This document shows positions 15,545 through 20,000 of a stretch of DNA of 20,000 bases, in pieces. How positions within the stretch are numbered: the first letter of the stretch is position 1; every line of letters starts with the position of its first letter. This DNA comes from an uncultured virus (IMG/VR IMGVR_UViG_3300047359_000488) (taxonomy: Duplodnaviria > Heunggongvirae > Uroviricota > Caudoviricetes), in IMG/VR virus record IMGVR_UViG_3300047359_000488. The stretch is one strand, 5' to 3'. A program made the position numbers and the translations under genes. Under the pieces are notes generated by a model that was not told the DNA's origin, ran no database searches, and saw only the letters and a list, made by a program, of their open reading frames with translations.

Positions 15545-17237
15545 CGTTTGGATCGATTTCGTCTGTTTCTTCGGAATTTTCCGCGCCACTTATTGGTGAA
15601 CCTTCTTCATCTGTCTCTGCATCCGTTTCATCAAACTCTGGTTCGCCGCCTTCAAACTCACCGCCGGGAACACTTGCCCCTACTGATTTAAGTCCGTCTG
15701 CTTCTTGTGGGTCGCCAGTGCCTTTTTCTTCATGCCATAACTTTTCGTTTTCCATGATTTCTTCATCAGATAATCCCAAGAAACGTTTCATTGCAAAACG
15801 CTTACTTACATACTCTGCGCCTTCGATTGCAGTAAATACATTCATCATAACTTGGTCTACTTCTGCTTGACGATACTTACCAAAGTTTTGTGGAGGATTA
15901 AATTTCAAGTCAAACAAAGAACTTTCAATAACCACACCTCTGTGCTTCATGAACATCTTAAACTCTCTGTCCAAGTCTTCACATACTAATGCTTGTAAAC
16001 GTTCACAGAACTTAGTAAATCTAAATTCTTGAATGAATGCAGTACCTACACGACCATCATTGTAGCCGTTACCGTCACTGTCTAAGCTACCTAGATAGCT
16101 TGGTGGAACTCTAAGTCCACGCATCATCTTATCATTGAAGTATTTCAAATCATCAATCTGTCCTAAGTTTTCACCACCAGGTAGTGTCTCAACTTTAGAA
16201 CCACGACCTTCAGCCGTCTGAGCAAAGAAGTAATCTTCCATAATAGATAGTGGATTGTATGCACTATCTGTGATATTCTGACCGCCACCTGTTTTACTTG
16301 GAATACGTCTTTGATGAATTTCACTTTTGATACGTTCTAAGTGGGCTCTTGCTTTGTGTGTTGGCATGTTACCAACATCGATATAGAATACTCTACGTTC
16401 TGGTGCTCTTTGAACACGATAAATCAGAATAGCATCTTCTAATAATTCTTTTTGTTTATAAACTTTGAACACTGGTTCAAGTATTGAGTTGCCAAAAGGC
16501 CAGAAGCCATCGATACCTTCACTTAATGAAATATGAACAATATGCTTTGCATCAACTGGCGTTGATGTTTGGTCTGACACAAATCTACTACCACCAGCGC
16601 CGCCGGCTGTATAGCCTTGTGTAGTGTTCGCATTAATATTAGGTGCTCCTGTAAGACCTGTTTGTGTTTGTAATAGTTTAGTTGTATCGGCAGTAATATT
16701 AAGGCTCTGTAGATTAATATCTAAATCTTTAATATAGTATGCTTCAATTTTTTTGCCTTTGCCTTCGTTAACAATAACTTTTTCGATTTTAGCTGGATCT
16801 ACCCAAAAAAGTTTATATGTTTCCGGGTCACGAACAAATATTTGGTCTCCGAATTTGACTGTGTTTCTAAAGATACGGAACATTCTCTTATTAATTTTAT
16901 TAAGAGAACACCATTGTCTTAGTGATTTTTGAATAATATCATTTTCTGTTTCGCTTGAATCTTGATTATATTCAACATGAAAAGGAAGTTTACTATATTC
17001 GTTTTTCAATGTAGAAAATTCTGCAATAGTATCTAATGCAGTATTCACTTCACTATCTAAATCCATTTGGTCATATTGACCATATCTTTGTACACGATTA
17101 GGTTGTCCCTGATAAACCTCAGGTAACCAACTACTATATCGTTTGGTATCTGCATCGCCGGCATATCCCCCACCAGATGAACGTGGCATCTTTTCGGGCA
17201 TTCCGTCGTATGTTTTAAAATATTTTTTCCAGCTCAT
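15540..17237 (-). CDS. gp20: Portal vertex protein, T4 gp20-like
   Basis: LLEDAILIYRVQRAPERRVFYIDVGNMP..KA, MEDYFF....GRGSKVETLPGGENLGQIDDLKYF..K..RGLRVP.S: diagnostic gp20 motifs. Confidence 0.97.
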   Translation of the reverse strand: MSWKKYFKTYDGMPEKMPRSSGGGYAGDADTKRYSSWLPEVYQGQPNRVQRYGQYDQMDLDSEVNTALDTIAEFSTLKNEYSKLPFHVEYNQDSSETENDIIQKSLRQWCSLNKINKRMFRIFRNTVKFGDQIFVRDPETYKLFWVDPAKIEKVIVNEGKGKKIEAYYIKDLDINLQSLNITADTTKLLQTQTGLTGAPNINANTTQGYTAGGAGGSRFVSDQTSTPVDAKHIVHISLSEGIDGFWPFGNSILEPVFKVYKQKELLEDAILIYRVQRAPERRVFYIDVGNMPTHKARAHLERIKSEIHQRRIPSKTGGGQNITDSAYNPLSIMEDYFFAQTAEGRGSKVETLPGGENLGQIDDLKYFNDKMMRGLRVPPSYLGSLDSDGNGYNDGRVGTAFIQEFRFTKFCERLQALVCEDLDREFKMFMKHRGVVIESSLFDLKFNPPQNFGKYRQAEVDQVMMNVFTAIEGAEYVSKRFAMKRFLGLSDEEIMENEKLWHEEKGTGDPQEADGLKSVGASVPGGEFEGGEPEFDETDAETDEEGSPISGAENSEETDEIDPNV

Positions 17238-17256
17238 TTTTTATTCCTTAGAGTTA

Positions 17257-17285
17257 ATACTATCATAATTTGATATGTTTGTCAA
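17257..17285 (-). promoter_or_regulatory. Sigma70-type promoter upstream of the portal gene
   Basis: Minus strand TTGACA (17285-17280), 17 nt, TAGTAT (17262-17257) preceded by TGn; a TAAATA also lies at 17309-17304. Confidence 0.55.
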
Positions 17286-17295
17286 TACTCTTCCT

Positions 17296-19569
17296 TTAAT
17301 TATTATTTAACGCATTCACTAGATTACGTAATTCAATTAATACTGCATCTTTCTCTGCCGCATTTTCAACGTTGTCTCTTCCAAAATAAGACCCAGGATT
17401 AATGCTTGTATACTTGGTTTCTAGGTTTTCTAATGCTTGTATCATTAATCTCATATTTTCTTGGCCTTCCTCAGTCTTTGACGCATCTGTAGTTCCGATT
17501 GCTTCCATAACTGCTCGTAATTGTGCCGCCTGAGTTTCGCCGTATTCTTCACCTGGCTTAAACAAACCAAGTAGTTTAGTCAAATCTTTTAAATCATCTG
17601 CGATATCTTCGCTTTTATTTGGTCCTTCAGTTAGCAGTATACTATTGATTTTATCAAACATATTTTCAGCATCGGTATCAGTAAATACTCTTTTAATAAT
17701 GTTTCGGTCGTCCTTGGTTAAATCATTTTGATTTAGAACTTCTCTGCCTGTTTCTAACGTAGAATCTGTTGCCGTTTGTATGTCTCTTGTTTCATTACTA
17801 CTATCTGTCTGGCTTTCAGAAACCTCAGCGCCCACTATTTTGTTTGCCCAATCGACAATACTTGTGCCAGCACTTAACAAACTTGTTTGTAGGTCAGTTA
17901 CCGCAACATCAAATTTACCAGTTAGTAGTGTTACTGTTGATGCTAGTGGACTAAATGTGTTTGCAAATTCTACTGCTTCTGCCAATAAGGCTTTATTTGC
18001 AGTATTTTGTTCGCCTAATATAGATGTAAAACCTTTAACCTGTTCGTCAAGTACTTGTTCAAGGGCAACTACCGCCTGTCTTCTTGTATCAATTCCTTCT
18101 AGCACAGCCTTGTCTGCTTCTGATGGGCCAGTTGGTCCTTTATCTGCATCTTCAACCGTTGCTCTAAGACGAGACAAATCTGCAATCATTGACTGCAAAA
18201 ATTGGTCTGTCTGTAAAACTGCACGATTGCCTTCTTGACTTGCACTTGCAATAATGCCTTGAATATCGGGAGACAAATCAGCAATAGCAGTTTGAAATGC
18301 CTCTGGTCCTTGTTCGCCTGCCATCGCAAGACGCTCTACAATTGGAAGTAATTCTTTACCAATACCTGTACCACTTAACTGTTGGAATGATTGCTCACGT
18401 ACAAATGCACCTTGGCTTCCTGCCGCCATTCTTTCGATAACTGCCTGTCCCAATGTACCTTCTAACATTCCCGCTGAGCCAATAGTTTCTCTAATAGCGT
18501 TTGCTCTATTAGGATCCATCGTAACCAATCTTGATGTTACATCGTCACGTTGTAGAGTTTGCGAAATCATCTTAGCCGCATCTTCTAAGTTTATTTTTAA
18601 AACATTTGCAGTTGACGAAACGCCTGACATGAAATCGTCCATACCATCACGTAATTGCTGTTGACTCATTCTGTCAAGTACACCCATATTTCTTAATGAG
18701 TCTAAGTACTCACCTGCCAATGAAGTTATTTCTCCAAACTCAAGTCCGAATTCGGCTGTCATAGCAAGTCCGCCTTCACTACGTGCTTTCTGCAAAGAAC
18801 TTGCGAATTCCAAAGACGATTTAACTCCTACAATACCAACAGACCTTGAAAACTGTTTTGTAAATTCTGCCGCTTCACCTAATGTGAAATTGTTTTCGTG
18901 TATCATTTTAGACATACTTGTAAGACCAGACTCTACATCTGAAAGGCCTGCCATTAGACCCGATTGTCTAATTTCTTGTGCCATGTTAAATCTATCTTCT
19001 GTTTGTTGTCCCATAAAGCTGTTAATAGCTTTAGTCGTTGCTAAAATTCCTACTGCCGCTCTTGATACGACTTTGCCTGCTTCTTTAAATCTTTCTGCTA
19101 ATGCTTCTTCATCGTATTTCATGCCTGCCAGTTCTCTGGTCGTAGCATCAGTCATATCGCCGCCTTGTGCAGTGATATTTTTGTTAATTGCTAATTCACG
19201 CTGTCTTTCTGCGGTAGTTTTTAAAATATTTGCTTGTGTTTCGTTTTGTCTTATAAGTGTTTCAAAAAATCCAGCTATTTTGTTTTGATGAATTGTATTT
19301 TTTGCACTTTCTTGCTGTTCTTTTTGTGTGGCTTTTGCAGTCTCTTGTGATTGTGTCCTAACTGCACCTAACGTATCATGCAATATCTTATACTGTTTTT
19401 GAGCGTCTCCGCTCTCGCTTGTATAAATTTTATCTAATGCTGTGCTTGTCTCAGCCGAGTTACCAGATATTGTTGCCAATATTTGACGTATCTGAGCCAT
19501 AGTAGTCTCAGTTGCCCATCCCGGGATGGAAGGATCAATACCTTCAATGTAAACATTTCCTTCAGCCAT
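17296..19569 (-). CDS. Probable tape-measure / baseplate hub protein
   Basis: 757 aa, A/E/Q/L/S-rich helical character, no Cys; divergent from a gp26-like gene; GAGG RBS. Function inferred from composition and context only. Confidence 0.55.
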   Translation of the reverse strand: MAEGNVYIEGIDPSIPGWATETTMAQIRQILATISGNSAETSTALDKIYTSESGDAQKQYKILHDTLGAVRTQSQETAKATQKEQQESAKNTIHQNKIAGFFETLIRQNETQANILKTTAERQRELAINKNITAQGGDMTDATTRELAGMKYDEEALAERFKEAGKVVSRAAVGILATTKAINSFMGQQTEDRFNMAQEIRQSGLMAGLSDVESGLTSMSKMIHENNFTLGEAAEFTKQFSRSVGIVGVKSSLEFASSLQKARSEGGLAMTAEFGLEFGEITSLAGEYLDSLRNMGVLDRMSQQQLRDGMDDFMSGVSSTANVLKINLEDAAKMISQTLQRDDVTSRLVTMDPNRANAIRETIGSAGMLEGTLGQAVIERMAAGSQGAFVREQSFQQLSGTGIGKELLPIVERLAMAGEQGPEAFQTAIADLSPDIQGIIASASQEGNRAVLQTDQFLQSMIADLSRLRATVEDADKGPTGPSEADKAVLEGIDTRRQAVVALEQVLDEQVKGFTSILGEQNTANKALLAEAVEFANTFSPLASTVTLLTGKFDVAVTDLQTSLLSAGTSIVDWANKIVGAEVSESQTDSSNETRDIQTATDSTLETGREVLNQNDLTKDDRNIIKRVFTDTDAENMFDKINSILLTEGPNKSEDIADDLKDLTKLLGLFKPGEEYGETQAAQLRAVMEAIGTTDASKTEEGQENMRLMIQALENLETKYTSINPGSYFGRDNVENAAEKDAVLIELRNLVNALNNN

Positions 19570-19581
19570 TCAAAATACCTC

Positions 19582-19610
19582 TTGACAAGTTAAACTACGT
19601 AGTTTATAAT
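19582..19610 (+). promoter_or_regulatory. Perfect-consensus sigma70 promoter with embedded 16-bp palindrome
   Basis: TTGACA (19582-19587), 17 nt, TATAAT (19605-19610); TAAACTACGTAGTTTA palindrome at 19591-19606. Confidence 0.8.
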
Positions 19611-19615
19611 ATGTC

Positions 19616-19621
19616 TAAATA
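19616..19621 (+). promoter_or_regulatory. Putative late promoter for the gp26-like gene
   Basis: TAAATA just downstream of the sigma70 -10 box. Confidence 0.5.
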
Positions 19622-19654
19622 TACGTATATAACACTTTAAGTTTTATTATAAGT

Positions 19655-19663
19655 GTATTTATC
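19655..19663 (-). promoter_or_regulatory. Late promoter for the tape-measure/portal operon
   Basis: Minus strand GATAAATAC, identical to the motifs at 1772 and 11124. Confidence 0.65.
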
Positions 19664-19677
19664 AATCCAAGGAATTA

Positions 19678-20000
19678 ATGATGACCGACAACCCGCTGAA
19701 CAAATACTTTAGAAAGCCAGCACTATATGTTAGTTTGCCAACTAAAGGCAAATTTAATCCAGAAATTGACCAAACCATTATTGAAGAAGTGGGTGTTATG
19801 CCTATGACTGCAATCGATGAGATTACAATGCGTAATCCAGATGCACTTCTTAATGGTGAGGCGTTAATATCTCTAATAGAAAGCTGTGTTCCTAGTATCA
19901 AAGATGCAAGAAAGTTGTGTAACATTGATGCTGAGGCTCTTTATTTGGCAATACAATATGCAACAAATGGAAAAGACGTTACATATACGCACAAATGTAA
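19678..20000 (+). CDS. gp26: Baseplate hub subunit, T4 gp26-like, truncated by the window edge (not in the ORF track)
   Basis: MMTDNPLNKYFRKPALYVSLPTKG...VMPMTAIDEITMRNPDALLNGEA...IESCVPSIKDA..L.NID...LYLAIQYATNG......HKC, open to 20000; AAGGA RBS; start could be 19681. Confidence 0.75.
   Translation, partial: MMTDNPLNKYFRKPALYVSLPTKGKFNPEIDQTIIEEVGVMPMTAIDEITMRNPDALLNGEALISLIESCVPSIKDARKLCNIDAEALYLAIQYATNGKDVTYTHKC

Noticed and set aside
19662..19925. Minus-strand 87-aa ORF
   Set aside because: Antisense shadow of the gp26-like gene starting at 19678.
1..20000. Alternative genetic code, introns or inteins
   Set aside because: Genes tile the window in code 11 with TAA, TAG and TGA all used as stops; portal, protease and capsid are uninterrupted.

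Overview
AT-rich segment of a large lytic T4-superfamily myophage genome, covering most of the virion morphogenesis region. Protein styles and gene order most resemble the RaK2/GAP32/Atu_ph07/XacN1-like jumbo phages and their uncultured aquatic relatives (from recall, not a search). Minus strand, right to left: probable tape-measure/hub protein, portal (gp20-like), a 72-aa protein, a very acidic prohead-core-like protein, prohead protease (gp21), scaffold (gp22), a compact major capsid protein (gp23, 384 aa), three mosaic paralogous fibre genes and an unannotated 34-aa membrane peptide. Plus strand: gp14-like neck protein, gp15-like tail terminator, a Nudix hydrolase and a helical protein. The left end holds a PhyH-type 2OG-Fe(II) dioxygenase and a truncated conserved phage protein; the right end begins a gp26-like baseplate hub gene. 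Most notable: (1) the post-capsid fibre cassette with a 9x repeat, two putative self-cleaving chaperone domains and exact DNA patches shared between genes; (2) both divergent junctions pair a consensus sigma70 promoter carrying a TACGTA-centred palindrome in its spacer with an opposing TAAATA late promoter, a candidate early/late switch. No CRISPR array, tRNA, integrase or reverse transcriptase was recognised.
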